Below, piece after piece: positions 12,411 through 25,149 of a DNA stretch of 64,000 nucleotides (positions are counted from its first letter, which is position 1; each line of letters starts with the position of its first letter). Source of the stretch: the human T2T-CHM13v2.0 reference genome, Homo sapiens. The position numbers and the translations under genes were made by a program. The stretch is taken from NCBI RefSeq assembly GCF_009914755.1, contig NC_060925.1, one strand, 5' to 3'. A model generated the notes under the pieces. The model was not told the DNA's origin, did not search any database, and saw only the letters and a list, made by a program, of their open reading frames with translations.

Positions 12411-13698
12411 CTGCCACCCCCAGCGCCACATGGGCTCTGACATTTCTGCAAAGAGGGACACAGAGCCTCTGGGTAAATCTGAGCTCTCCCCACCTCAGTC
12501 ACCTTCGGCAACAGCTACCACACTCCGTGGCCTCACATGCAAGAAAACCAGGATGGCTATTATTTGGGGCCTCCTTTGCCACAGGTGGGCCCTGGCCTGG
12601 GAAGGGGGGCCATGATGCCTGCCGCCCCCTAGACACACTCCCATTTGTTTCTGTCCCCCGTTTCCAGATGCTGAAAAAGATTCAACAACCTAGATAAGGC
12701 CCTCTATAGGACCTTCCAGAAGAGCTCAAATCAAATCACAGCCAAGAGATCTTTCGAGGGTCTTTGCAGGGGAAGGAAACAGCTGTCAGGGCAAGGCATG
12801 GCTGATTTGAGGCAGCTCTTTAGAGAGAGGCTGTGTTTGGAGAAGATGTGCGCCATTGGCATGCAGGGCACTGGGGCTCCCGGCGAGCCTCTGCATCTCG
12901 TTCTCCAGGTGTCGGAGGAACTCACTCCTTAGGCATCCATGCGTGTTAGGGGTCAGGTAGTATGCCAGGTGCTAGGGTTGCAGGGGTGATCCAGCCCTTA
13001 GGAAGCTCACAGTCTAGGCAGGTGGAGACTCACAAGGGACCTGGTGGCAAGTTATTTGGAATGCAAAGCATTGCGCAGAATTTATCCATTTGGTAAATAC
13101 ACACTCGTTAAAGTGGCACGCATCCAGCCTCCCCACCCTCCTGAGGCTGTAGTGGTGGAGGCGATCCTCATTCCTTTCCTGTCCAGCCCTCCACAACCCC
13201 TGGCCCGGAGCAGTTCCCATGCCAGGGGCCTTCGGCCAGCATCCCATGACCTAGACGAGGGTGGGACATGTCCGTCCCCACTCCTCCATGTCTGGCCCCG
13301 AGCAGACGGGGTGACTGGCTACTGGCATCATCAGCTTGCTTCTGGCTGCTCAGCAGATGGGGTGACTTTCAGCGGTTACGGGAGGGCACTTGGATCCCCG
13401 AGGAAATGTTCCACGCCGGGATATTGGATCTCACAGGCCTGCTCTGTGGTGACGTCCTGAAGGTGAAGCCCTCCGCGGCAGCCTCTGCTTCAGGGTGACT
13501 GCTTTCTGCTACAGGAGTGACTCGGGCATCCTAGTTAATGTTGCAGAGTACGATAGGAGCAAATAGCTCTTCTCCCCACATCCAGGACCAGCCTGTCCTC
13601 TGGGTGAATCTGGTGCTGAGCTTCCCTTGCTATGCCTCCTCGCATGGGATTGCACCGTGCACAATGTGGAGATGTGCTTTCCATAAGAGATGCAGTTA

Positions 13699-14086
<388 letters not shown>

Positions 14087-14879
14087 GTGACAAAGCAGCC
14101 CCTCTGCCAGGGAGTGGCCAGTGTGACCTGAGGCCTTGGCACCCAGCCACCGTGCGTTACCTTTTGAGGTCTGTGCTAGAAGGTGCTGCTGCCGCAGGAG
14201 TCCTCTGACTGGGTTGTCAGGCCGAGATCCTCTCCTTGATGCAGAAAGTGGGAGGTGCTTTCCTCTCTCAGGCAGGATGCTCTTTCCTGGGAAGACTTTG
14301 GGCCTCCAGGCTGAGGACATAACCCCAAAGCAGTTTAGGACTTCTGGCTTCGGTAGCAAAGATATTTCCTTCTGTGCTTGTCTCTTCCCCACTCCAGCTC
14401 CGATCCATTGACTCAGCTTTTGTTCTGTGAATGTCATTTTCTTTGAATTTGTGTGAGTTTTGTTGTTTGCAAATAACCTAATGAAACTCCTTCTGTTCCC
14501 TTCCAAAACAAAAAGGAGGCTCTAGCATGGTCTACCTCCACATCTGAACTCCTCCAAGCTTTTCTGATGGTGTTTGGGCTGTACAGCACCCTGAGAGACC
14601 ACCCCCGGCCTCCATGTACCCCCTGCCATCACCTGAGCCGCACTCACCAAGGCAGAGCCGGGAGGACTCCACCCACCCTCTTTCCTGTTCATAAGGTTTC
14701 TCAAGGAGCCTCTTGATGCTTGTTTACTTAAGGACGGGCACGGGTGAACTCTCACCCCCACCTGGTGATTTCACAAACACAAACCATAGAGGGGAAGGCT
14801 ATTTCTCTCACTTTCTGGAAAAGGCCAAAACTAACCCTGAATCCCCCCGCCCATGTTTAGAGTAGACACAGAGGGAAGA

Positions 14880-15360
14880 TGGTTCCGGAATGTTCTGCGT
14901 GTACTGCCGATTGTCCAATTGCTTAAAACAGGGCTTGGCGTGCATTGTTTTGGTCATTAGTTAACCAATCTGGGCGGGGAAAAAGGCAGAGCGTTAAATA
15001 ATTACAAGCACTTCGGTGATTTTTTTTTCTACTGACTAAGGTTAAAATGAATAGTGTTGATCCGTTGCCCAGGCAGCAGGCTTGTTAAAGGAAATGGTAT
15101 TTAAAATGATTTTTGAGCCAAAGCAATTTGGCTGCTTCAAGGCATCCTTTATCTTTTGCTTTCAAGAGGATAATAATGTTTAAAAACGAAGTCACTCATA
15201 CCATTTCCTGTCGCGAAGCCAGCTCAGTGATGGGCAGAGCTTCCTCTGGGTTTGTTTACTTGCTCCATGATGGAAAATGCAAACTTAATGGGCTCCCTTC
15301 TGCCGAGGCTTTGGTGTTCCGACGAAACAAAGACCCATGCTGCTGCCGAATCTGTGTCCA
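14880..15360. promoter_or_regulatory. Candidate enhancer or alternative promoter
   Basis: Repeat-free, AT-richer, CpG-retaining; CCAAT 14965-14969 next to GC box 14972-14979, SOX CATTGTT 14943, RFX-like 15064-15077, FOX TGTTTAC 15253. Motif evidence only. Confidence 0.4.
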
Positions 15361-15971
15361 CAGCTCTGGCCAGCTCACCCTGGAAGTCTTGATTGCCACA
15401 TTGTGGATGTCAGAATGTCACCTGCTTGGTTAGAGCTTCTAAACAGGAGGCTCAAGGCCACTCCCTGGCTCTAGGGTGGAGTCGAGGAAACCTGTCTAGG
15501 ATGGGACACGCTCCCACTAGGCTCAGGGTGCCCTCCCGTCCAAGAGCATGATGGTCACCCCAGCTGGGAAGTTGCTAAGCAAGTCCTCCTTGGTAGAGCG
15601 TCTTTCCCATCATCCTCTGCGAGGAAGGCCAGGGCGATACACTCAGCTTATAGAGTGAAGTCGGCAGAAAGCACAACTTCTCAGTGAAGAGGATAAAAGG
15701 AAGGCACTACGGGGGCCCAGGACCTGCTCTGCCCTGCTTAGGGCTGGGCAGGGCTTACGGGCGTGACATGCATAGAGGCTCAGAAGAGCTGGCTCCGGCC
15801 TTTTGCAGTCTGGGATCCTCAGCTGGGGTGTGCACATGAGCAAGGGTGCTCTATGCCCCTGCCACCAGCCCCCGGGCTGCTCAGGAGGCAGCAGTGAAGG
15901 ATGGAAAGGGTTTCCATGGCCATGAAAGAGAGAGAGCTCATCCGCTCCTGCATAGCACTGTGAGGGCTTGA

Positions 15972-16942
15972 ACACACACACGCACGCACATACAAACGCA
16001 AACCTACATACACACACGCGTGCACACACACACACAAATGTACATACACGCGCACACAAACACATACAATCACACAAACACAAACATACGAACACACACA
16101 CACAAACACAAACCTACAAACACACACGCAGGCACACACACAAACACAAACCTACATACACACACGCGCGCACACACACACAAACCTACATACACAAGTG
16201 CACACACAAACACAAACCTACGTATACACATGCGCGCACAGACACACAAACATACAAACACGCACACGCACAAACACAAACCTACAAACACACGCGCACA
16301 TGCACAAACACAAACCTACATACACACGTGCACACACACAAACCTGCAAACACACACGCACGCACACATAAACACAGACTTACATACACATGCGCTCAAA
16401 CACAAACATACAAACGCGCACACAAACACAAACCTACAAACACACATGCACGCACACACAAACACAAACCTACATACACACGCGCGCACACACACAGACA
16501 TACAAACGTGAGCACACAACACAAACCTACATACACACACGCGCACACACAGACATACAAACGTGAGCACACAACACAAACCTACATACACGCGCACACA
16601 AATACAAACACGCACACACACAAACACAAACCTACATACACACGCACACACAAACGTACAATCACGCACACACAAACCTACGTACACACGCACACAAACA
16701 TACACGCGCACAAACACAAACATACAAATGCGCACACAAACAAACCTACGTACACACACATGCACACACAAACACAAACATACAAACACACGTGCGCACA
16801 CACAAACAAACACGTGCACACACACAAAAACACAAACCTACATACACACATGCACACACAAACATACAAACACACGTGCAAACACACAAAAACATATAAA
16901 CAGGCGTGCACACACATAACCATACAAACACACACACGCGCA
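15972..16942 (+). repeat. CA-rich higher-order repeat (ACAAACACAAACCTACATACACACGCGCAC-like units)
   Basis: AAACCTAC recurs ~15 times; a 55-bp internal duplication (ACGTGAG at 16506 and 16561). Confidence 0.95.
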
Positions 16943-17066
16943 GGGGCACACATAAGAAAGTGCCAAGCACAGTACCAGGCACGCAACGACGGATCCACAC
17001 ACTTTAGATCCTTCTCTGACCTTTCTTTTATTCCTCAAAAGCACAGCATCCATCCCCCAGGGAACT

Positions 17067-17080
17067 GGGGGGGGGGGGGG
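17067..17080 (+). repeat. G14 homopolymer
   Basis: Read directly. Confidence 0.95.
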
Positions 17081-17943
17081 TCAGCGGAAGAGTTTGTCCT
17101 TGAGGGGACATTGCCCACTCTGTAAACTCAGGGCACCTTCTCGAGGATTCCCTCAAAGGGTTCCCTGGCCACGCATCCTACAGAAGTCAGCGAAATGCAG
17201 TTCTATGAAATGAGGCTGTTGGGAGATTTTGTAGTCTTGTGGGTGTGTGCTCTGTGTTCAGCTTGGGGGTCACGTGGCACCTGTCGGGGGCGGGATGCTG
17301 CTGAGACCTCTGCAGTGCTGGATGGCCCCATGGGGCCATGTGGCTTCACTCCCCGTCTCTGCCTCCCAGGCTCAGCAGGCCACCCGCCGGCCTCTCCTGC
17401 CCATCTCGGGAGGGCTAGCGGGGTAATTTAGGATGGTTGCCACTCCCCCGTGCATTTTAAACACGTTTCCAAACTGGGTTCATTCTGCCTTTGATAGGGA
17501 GGTGGCCTTCTGGGTTTTTCTTTCAAGAGATGCAGATTTCATGGACTGCGATTCTTCTCCAGATCTGCTGTTCAAAAAAAAAAAAAAATGTAACTCAGAA
17601 TTTCTATTTGTTCAGAGGGGGAAAAATCTGCTTGCTATTCAGGCCCTAGATTTTCCTGAGAGATTAGTGTACTTGCCTGCCAAGATGTTAGCTAAAGGAA
17701 AACACATTTGCTATAGATCAGAAATATTTATCCTTTTCTGGGCAGGAGATCCGGAGAAGAACCTCATCAGAATGTACAGCACCTGGAAATATGAATGAAT
17801 TCAATCTCCTGAGCTGCAGGCATCTGCCAGGAGGGCTGAGGCATGGAGGGGCTCTGGCCGTCTCCGGGGAGTTGAAACCATGAGCGGGAAGCCAAGAGCA
17901 GCTGCTGGGGTCTGGGGGATGCAGAGGTCAAAGGACCAAGAGG

Positions 17944-18245
17944 GGCCGGGTGCGGTGGCTTACACCTGTAATCCCAGCACCATGGGAGGCCAAGGCAGGC
18001 GGATCACTTGAGGTCAGGAGCTCAAGACCAGCCTGGTCAATGTGGTAAAACCCCATCTCTACTAAAAATACAAAAATTAGCCAGGTGTGGTGGCGCACAC
18101 CTGTAATCCCAGCTACTCAGGAGGCTGAGGCATGAGAATCACTTGAACTCCAGAAGTAGAGATTGCAGTGAGCAGAGATGGCGCCACTGCACTCCAGCGT
18201 GGGTGACAGATTGAGACCCTGTCTCAAAAAAAATAATAAAAAATA
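17944..18245 (+). mobile_element. AluS (Sz/Sx-like)
   Basis: Full dimer; TSD-like AAAGG(A)CCAAGAGG on both flanks. Confidence 0.97.
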
Positions 18246-21200
18246 AAAGGCCAAGAGGTCTGGTCCAGATAGAAGCCAGGGGAGGAACAAGTAGGGAACA
18301 GGCAGCCTTGACCAGCAAGCCGGCAGTGTCCTGAGGAAGAGGACGCTGACCCTTCCCTCCTGTTCTCTACGCCCTCAGACTGGGGCTGGGATCCCGAGAC
18401 TGTGGGTGAGTGGGGCCAAGCCCTCTCCTGCTTCTTGTCCTGAGAAAAGGATCCTAGGTCTCTGTTGGGCTCCATGCAGTTGCCCCTCAGTGGCTGCCCC
18501 CGTCGTTTAAATCCTCTCAAACTCAGGCTCTTGTTTGGTAGCTGCAGAGAAATAAGAGATGCAAACTTATAAATAATTAAGAAACCTAATAATTATCTCC
18601 AACCAGACAGCAAGCCTGCATCCTCGTGAGAGACGGAAGATCTGGAGAGTTTCGGGGGGTAAACTACAAACCATTATTTAGCAAGTTTTCCCACTGGGCT
18701 TTGTCATGCCTTGATCTTCAACGATCATGATTAGAGTTCATTTGATTCCCGCAGCTGTGTTCTGGGGGCTTTGTGAGGAGGATCAAGTTTGGGATGTGGG
18801 TGAGCGTAGGGAGAGGAGGCGATGAATTCCTTGTGACATCAGAGCCCGATCTAAGATCATTTGTCTTTGGGGCCCCATGTTCCATCCCCAGAAGTGATTT
18901 GCCTTGACCACCAGCTGGCATCTACCCGGCTTGGGCATGGCAGGGCCCCACATCTCCTGGCACAGCCAGGCAGAGCCTGAGTCGGGTTGTCAGGACTCTT
19001 GATGCCTGGCCTCTCATTCCTGGACTGGCAAAGCCTGTTAGCATCCCAGGGCTGGAAGAAACACCCTACACACTTTGCCTTCTTCCAGGCAAAGAAGGAT
19101 CCACCCTGGAGTCTCCATAGGCCCTGGCCAGGTGCGGAATGAAAATTCCTACCCCCAGATTTAAGTGTTTATCAGGGAGATTTCTGCTCATAAGGACTTT
19201 GTTAACCAAGAGACTGTGTCATTTAAGCCAGAGTTCCCTAGATCTTGTTGGAACAGAGTTCCTCTCAGGGCTCCTCCAGGCTAAACCCGCCCAGGAAAGC
19301 CTGCGAGTCCTGGGAGGTGACGGGCACTGCCTGTTCCCAGGGTCCTGTCTTGGTCTTGCCCAGAGCACCTCCTGGCCATCGTTTCATTTCAGGTCGATGA
19401 AAGCTCCTTGCTTGGCCCTCTGAACTGGGGAACCATTTCCTCTCTCTATCCTGGCCCAGGGCCAGCTCTCTGGGCTGCCCCAGGGAGCCGGAGGGGAGCG
19501 GCCTGTGCAGACCCAGCCGCCAGGACCCAGAGGGCCGGCTCAGAGCTGTGTGGCCATCCTCTCCCCGGGCTGCCTTTGCCTGAGGTCAGCCTCACACAGG
19601 CAGTCTGAATAGGCTGGGGGCTCCTTTGTACTTGAAAAATAGTCCATGTGCGGGAGGAGGTGCTGGAGAGGGAAAGAAGTGTGTGGCTGTTGTGGGCTCT
19701 CTGTAAGATGGCTCTATGTGGGGCACGTGAGCTCGTGACTTTCCGGGTATGGGCGTGGCCTGCAGACAGGGATTTGAACAAGGGTAAGCATGTGGGTGAG
19801 GACATGAAGCCCCAAAGAGCATGAGACTGTGGGGAGGGGCAAGTCCCGTGTGCACTGTCTGTGTCCCCCAACCTGTCACAGCCTGCGTGTGCACATGCGT
19901 GCCCAGGTCCTCCTGCAGCAGACAGGGCGGACATGGGCTCTGCTGGCTGCAGTGTCTGCCCTGTACCCAGGTGGCTGCAACGCCTCAGATGCAGCAATGT
20001 TCCCCTGGGATTAATCCCCAGCATCTCCATTGGGCTTTGCTTATCTGGTGTTGGCTATAATTAAAAAGTGGTTACTTCATAAAATAAAGGCAGGGAGAGA
20101 GGACAGCATCCCCTACCCCTGTCCTGTGGTCCTTGGAGAGGAAGGTGCTTGGAAGGTCGTGTTGTTGATCCCTCTGCCTCCCAGTAGGCAGGGGTCCAGC
20201 GTCTCCTAAGAGCACCCTGGCCCCAGGCACGGCCAGGGAAGGAGGCCTCCCAGGCCCCAACACCACCTCCCAGGGCTGCTAGTCACTGCACGGTCAGCAA
20301 GCGCAACCTCAGGCCAGACACAGCCCAAGAGCCTCCATCCTGAGCAGCCACCGAGACACTCTCCCTTCCTAGGCCATGCAAAAGTGGCACAGCCCGGGAA
20401 GGGAGGCATAAAAGCCAAGCCACGGTCCACCCCAGGGGACCTAGGGCTCGAGAAAAATAGCTGAGGCCACCAAGGCCACGGTCTTTTCAGTTTCACTGAA
20501 CATTAAACTCATCACCCAAGATAAGCAGAAAGAAAAGTGGCTGCCGCTTCTCCTGAGGCCACTCGCTGAATGGCTTCTGTCAGACGGGAGAAGCTGCCCG
20601 TCTCACACCTCCCCTGGAGATGGAGCCCCTGTGAGGCCCCAATCCCCACCCATCAGACACGATGGCTGGTCACAGACACTGCGCTGTCCCTGAGGAGGCC
20701 TGGAGCTAGAAGCCAGCCACCTCCCCCATGTCAACAGCTCACGCAGGGGGCCAAGCCCAGGCCCCATCCCATCCTCCAAACCTCTTGGTGTCTGGGCAGG
20801 CAGAAAGCCTATACCCTGGCTGAAATCCACCCTGGCTCTGCTCCTCACTCTGGGCAACCTTGGACAAGGCACGGCCCATCTAGAGAACAGGAATGACATC
20901 CCCAGCCCTGCATGCTGGCAATCTCTTTTGGTGCACGGTGCCACAACCACAAATCAGCCTTTGTTGCTTCACCCACACGTTCCTGGTGAGATTCTAGAAT
21001 GGAAATCTCTCACGTCACATTGCGTGGTGCCTTCCATTTGTGCTTCTTGTACTCTCATGAATGCTACCACTTTCATTTTTCACTGCACCTTCTCTTAAGG
21101 GACTTCCCTGACTGGAGAGACAGCCACACAAACTCAGGGCCCAGAAGAGAATATGACAGAGCTCAGCCATGACGGCAGGAGAGAGCAGACGGACTGGAGT

Positions 21201-21578
21201 GCGCCTTAGTAAGGGGGGCAGCGCTAGACACCTGGGAGGCCATTTTCATTCTGGAGAGTTGTGCTAATGTGGATTCTACTGTGCAAAGTCAAAACACTGA
21301 GGCAGAGACAGATGCAAGCAGCCCACCCACAACCCAGGCAGGAGAGATGACGGGGCTGCTCGGAAGACAGGCCTTGTCTGCTGGGCCTCACTCGAGGCCC
21401 TCAGTGCTCCCTGTGGGAGTCTCTCCTTGGCATGTTGGGATGAGTCCAGTCCTTCCTGGAGAGTCCTTATGGAAAGAGGGGGTGAGAGTGGGGAAGGGGT
21501 GCGGGGAGCATCCTGAGGAGAGGGGGAGGGAGGAAACGTCCCCTGCTCACTAGTATGAGCAACAGGATACTGGAGATT

Positions 21579-22150
21579 TGTGAGTGTGTGTGCATGTGTG
21601 TGTATGAGAGTGAGTGTGTGTGTGTGTGACAGTGTGGATGTGTGTGTATGAGAGTGAGTGTGGATGTGTGGGAGAGTGTATGAGAGAGCGTGTGTGAGTG
21701 TGAGCGTGTATGAGCGTGACAGTGAGTGTGGATGTGTGTGTAAGAGTGAGTGTGGATGTGTATGAGTGTGTGTAGAGTGAGTGTGGATGTGTGTGTATGA
21801 GTGGATGTGTGTGAGTGAATGTGTATGAGTGTGTATGAGTGTGTGGATGTGCGTGTGTATGAGTGTGTGTGAATGTGCATGACAGTGTGTGTGGATGTGT
21901 GAGCATGTATGAGAGTGAGTGTGGGTGTGGGTGTATATGCATAGGAATGTTGTGTTGCATGTGTGCATGTTAATCTACCTGTATATGCATGTATATGCAT
22001 GTGCATGTGTGTGTACGTGTGAGTGTGAACATCTGTGTGCAGTGTGTGTATGAGTGTGCATGCATGTGAATGTATGTGGATGTATGACTACATTGAGTGC
22101 ATGCATATGTATGTGTGTATATGTGTGTGCACATGGGTGTACATGAGTGC
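21579..22150 (+). repeat. Complex (TG)n array with GAGTGTGGATGTG and TGCATG motifs
   Basis: Read directly; grades into the minisatellite downstream. Confidence 0.95.
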
Positions 22151-23890
22151 ATGTGCAGAGAGGATGAGTGTGCAGAGGATTGTGTGAGCCTGGTGTGCAT
22201 GTGTATGTATGTGTGTGCATGTGTGTACATGTGTGTAGAGAGGATGGTGTGAGCCTGGTGTGCGTGTGTATGTATGAGTGTGTGTGTGCATGAGTGAGTG
22301 TGTAGAGAGGATGGTGTGAGCCTGGTGTGAGTGCGTATGTATATGAGTGTGTGTGTGCATGTGTGTCCATGAGTGTGTAGAGAGGATTGTGTGAGTCTGG
22401 TGTGCGTGTGTATGTATATGAGTGTGTGTGCATGTGTGTCCATGAGTGAGTGTGTAGAGAGGATTGTGTGAGCCTGGTGTGCGTGTGTATGTATATGAGT
22501 GTGTGTGTGCATGTGTGTCCATGAGTGAGTGTGTAGAGAGGATGGTGTGATCCTGGTGTGCGTGTGTACGTATATGAGTGTGTGTGTGCATGTGTGTCCA
22601 TGAGTGAGTGTGCAGAGAGGATGGTGTGATCCTGGTGTGCATGTGTATGTATATGAGTGTGTGTGTGCATGTGTGTACATGAGTGAGTGTGTAGAGAGGA
22701 TGGTGTGAGCCTGGTGTGCGTGTGTATGTATATGAGTGTGTGTGCATGTGTGTACATGTGTGTAGAGAGGATTGTGTGAGCCTGGTGTGCGTGTGTATGT
22801 ATATGAGTGTGTGTGTGCATGTGTGTACATGAGTGTGTAGAGAGGATTGTGTGAGCCTGGTGTGCATATGTATATGAGTGTGTGTGTGTGCATGTGTGTA
22901 CATGAGTGTGTAGAGAGGATTGTGTGAGCCTGGTGTGCATGTGTATGTATATGAGTGTGTGTGTGTGCATGTGTGTCCATGAGTGTGTAGAGAGGATGGT
23001 GTGAGCCTGGCGTGAGTGCGTATGTATATGAGTGTGTGTGTGCATGAGTGAGTGTGAGCCTGGTGTGAGTGCATGTGTATGTGAGTGTGTGCATGAGTGT
23101 GTGTGAACCTGGTGTGCGTGCATATGTATATGAGTGTGTGTGTGCATGTGTGTCCATGAGTGAGTGTGTAGAGAGGATTGTGTGAGCCTGTTGTGAGTGT
23201 GTGTGTCCATGAGTGTGTGTGGAGAGGATTGTGTGAGCCTGGTGTGCATGCATATGTATGTGTGTGTGCATGTGTGTACATGAGTGTATATAGAGGATTG
23301 TGTGAGCCTGGTGTGCATGCTTATGTATATGAGTGTGTGTGTGCATGAGTGAGTGTGCAGAGAGGATGAGTGTGTGGAGAGGACTGTGTGAGCCTGGTGT
23401 GCGTGCATAGGTATATGAGTGTGTGTGTGCATATGTGCACATTTACTGTGTAGAGAGGATTGTGTGAGCCTGGTGTGCGTGTGTACGTATATGAGTGTGT
23501 GTGTGCATGTGTGTCCATGAGTGTGTAGAAGATTGTGTGAGCCTGGTGTGCGTGTGTATGTATATGGGTGTGTGTGTGCATGTGTGTACATGAGTGAGTG
23601 TGTAGAGAGGATGGTGTGAGCCTGGTGTGCGTGTGTATGTATATGAGTGTATGTGTGTTCATGAGTGAGTGTGTAGAGAGGATTGTGTGAGCCTGGTGTG
23701 CGTGCATATGTATATGAGTGTGTGTGTGCATGTGTGTCCGTGAGCGAGTGTGTAGAGAGGATGGTGTGAGCCTGGTGTGCGTGTGTATGTATATGAGTGT
23801 GTGTGTGCATGTGTGTCCGTGAGTGAGTGTGTAGAGAGGATGGTGTGAGCCTGTTGTGTGTGTGTGTGCATGAGTGAGTGTGTGTGAGCC
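22151..23890 (+). repeat. TG-rich minisatellite, ~25 units mostly 67-79 bp
   Basis: Unit GTGTAGAGAGGAT(T/G)GTGTGAGCCTGGTGTGCGTGTGTATGTATATGAGTGTGTGTGTGCATGTGTGT(C/A)CATGAGT(GAGT); anchors at 22455, 22534, 22613, 22692 are 79 bp apart. Confidence 0.97.
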
Positions 23891-24974
23891 TCTGGTGTTT
23901 GGCATCTAGTTCTCTCTGCAGGTCTGGAGACCTTCTTGAGCAAAGCTCAGGCTACTGCGCCCACTCTGTGCACGCTGGTCTTGAGGACGCGGCCCTGCTC
24001 CCCTGGGTGGGCCCGTGGGTCCTGCCCGCTTCTGTAGCAGCAGCAGCCTCCTCTCAAGGGCCCTCTGTTGCTCAGGCCGTGTTCCTGCCTGTGGTCGCCC
24101 AGCTTCAATTACCACGGCTCAAAGTCAGAGGCGTGGGCTGGCTCCGTCCAGATGGAGGGAGGGCCGGTGTTCCCTTGCCTCAGAGTCTGCGGGTGGCTTC
24201 AGAGAGAAGGGAGCAGAACCTCTTTCCTTTGCTGCCTTAAAGCAGCAAGTCTCGGTGACATCAGGCAGTTCCAGGGCAGAGCTTGTGGCCGCTGTCAAGC
24301 CCAGGAGACATCAGGGCTTCATGCTCAACTGGTCACACCCAACTGGCAAGAGGGGTCCCAGGCAGAAACTCTGGGAACCGTAGCCCAGGCCGAGAGCCAT
24401 CCCCAGGGGACTGAGGTAGGGTCTGCAGGACCAAAGCTGCCTCACACAGACCTTTCAGGAAAGCAAGCACAGATCCTCGGAAGCGGTTACCACCCACCTG
24501 TGCCACGCGCCACCCCTCGTCCTTGACACCACTGCTGGCGAGGCAGCCGAGAGAGTATGCTGAGTAAGCAGGTTCTAGGGCATTCTCCCCAGACCCTCCA
24601 GGGAGGCTCTCCCTGGAAGGCTGCCTCAGTCCCTGCCCTTCCAGTCAGCAGAGCAAGGCATCAAGCTGAGAAAAGTCCAACAGAAGGGCGGGAGGCAGAT
24701 TGCTGAGATGAATGGGAAGTGCAGGCCACAGGTCCTGGCAGGCAAGAGGAAGGGAGGCCTGAGAACGGCCTTTGTTCCCGGGATCTCCGGACCAGATGTG
24801 CCCTCACAGCTGCTGCTTCAGGTTTCTGTGCTCCAGAGCCCGCTGGAGGGAGAATGCTCGCCAAAGACATCTCATTAGGGATGGCCTTGGGCTTGGCGGG
24901 GTGTGGGTTTTGGTGGGAAGAGGAGAGAGGGATGGTTTGTGCTGTCAACCCTGGAGGCCCTGGAGGCTGGGGTG

Positions 24975-25149
24975 CAGGCTTACCAAATTTAGCAAATGAA
25001 AATTGTAGATGCCTGGTTACTTTTGAAATTCGGATAAACAACAGTTTTTTTTTTTTTATTTTAGTCTAGGTATGTCCCACACAGTATTTGGGATATACTT
25101 CCACAATTGATTTATTGTTTATCTGAAATTCACATGTCATCGGCACCCT
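24975..25149. mobile_element. MER53 (palindromic hAT-type MITE), right arm partly deleted
   Basis: CCAAATTTAGCAAAT...GAAATTCGGATAAACAAC...GTATGTCCCA..ATTTGGGATATACTT...TTGTTTATCTGAAATTCA matches the remembered MER53 consensus and is self-complementary. Confidence 0.9.

Noticed and set aside
21099-21108. NF-kB consensus GGGACTTCCC
   Set aside because: A single 10-mer is expected by chance in 64 kb; no supporting cluster.
15968-23943. Long His/Thr- or Cys/Val-rich ORFs (385, 490, 611 aa etc.)
   Set aside because: They are translations of CA/TG repeats that lack stop codons by composition; no domain or exon structure.
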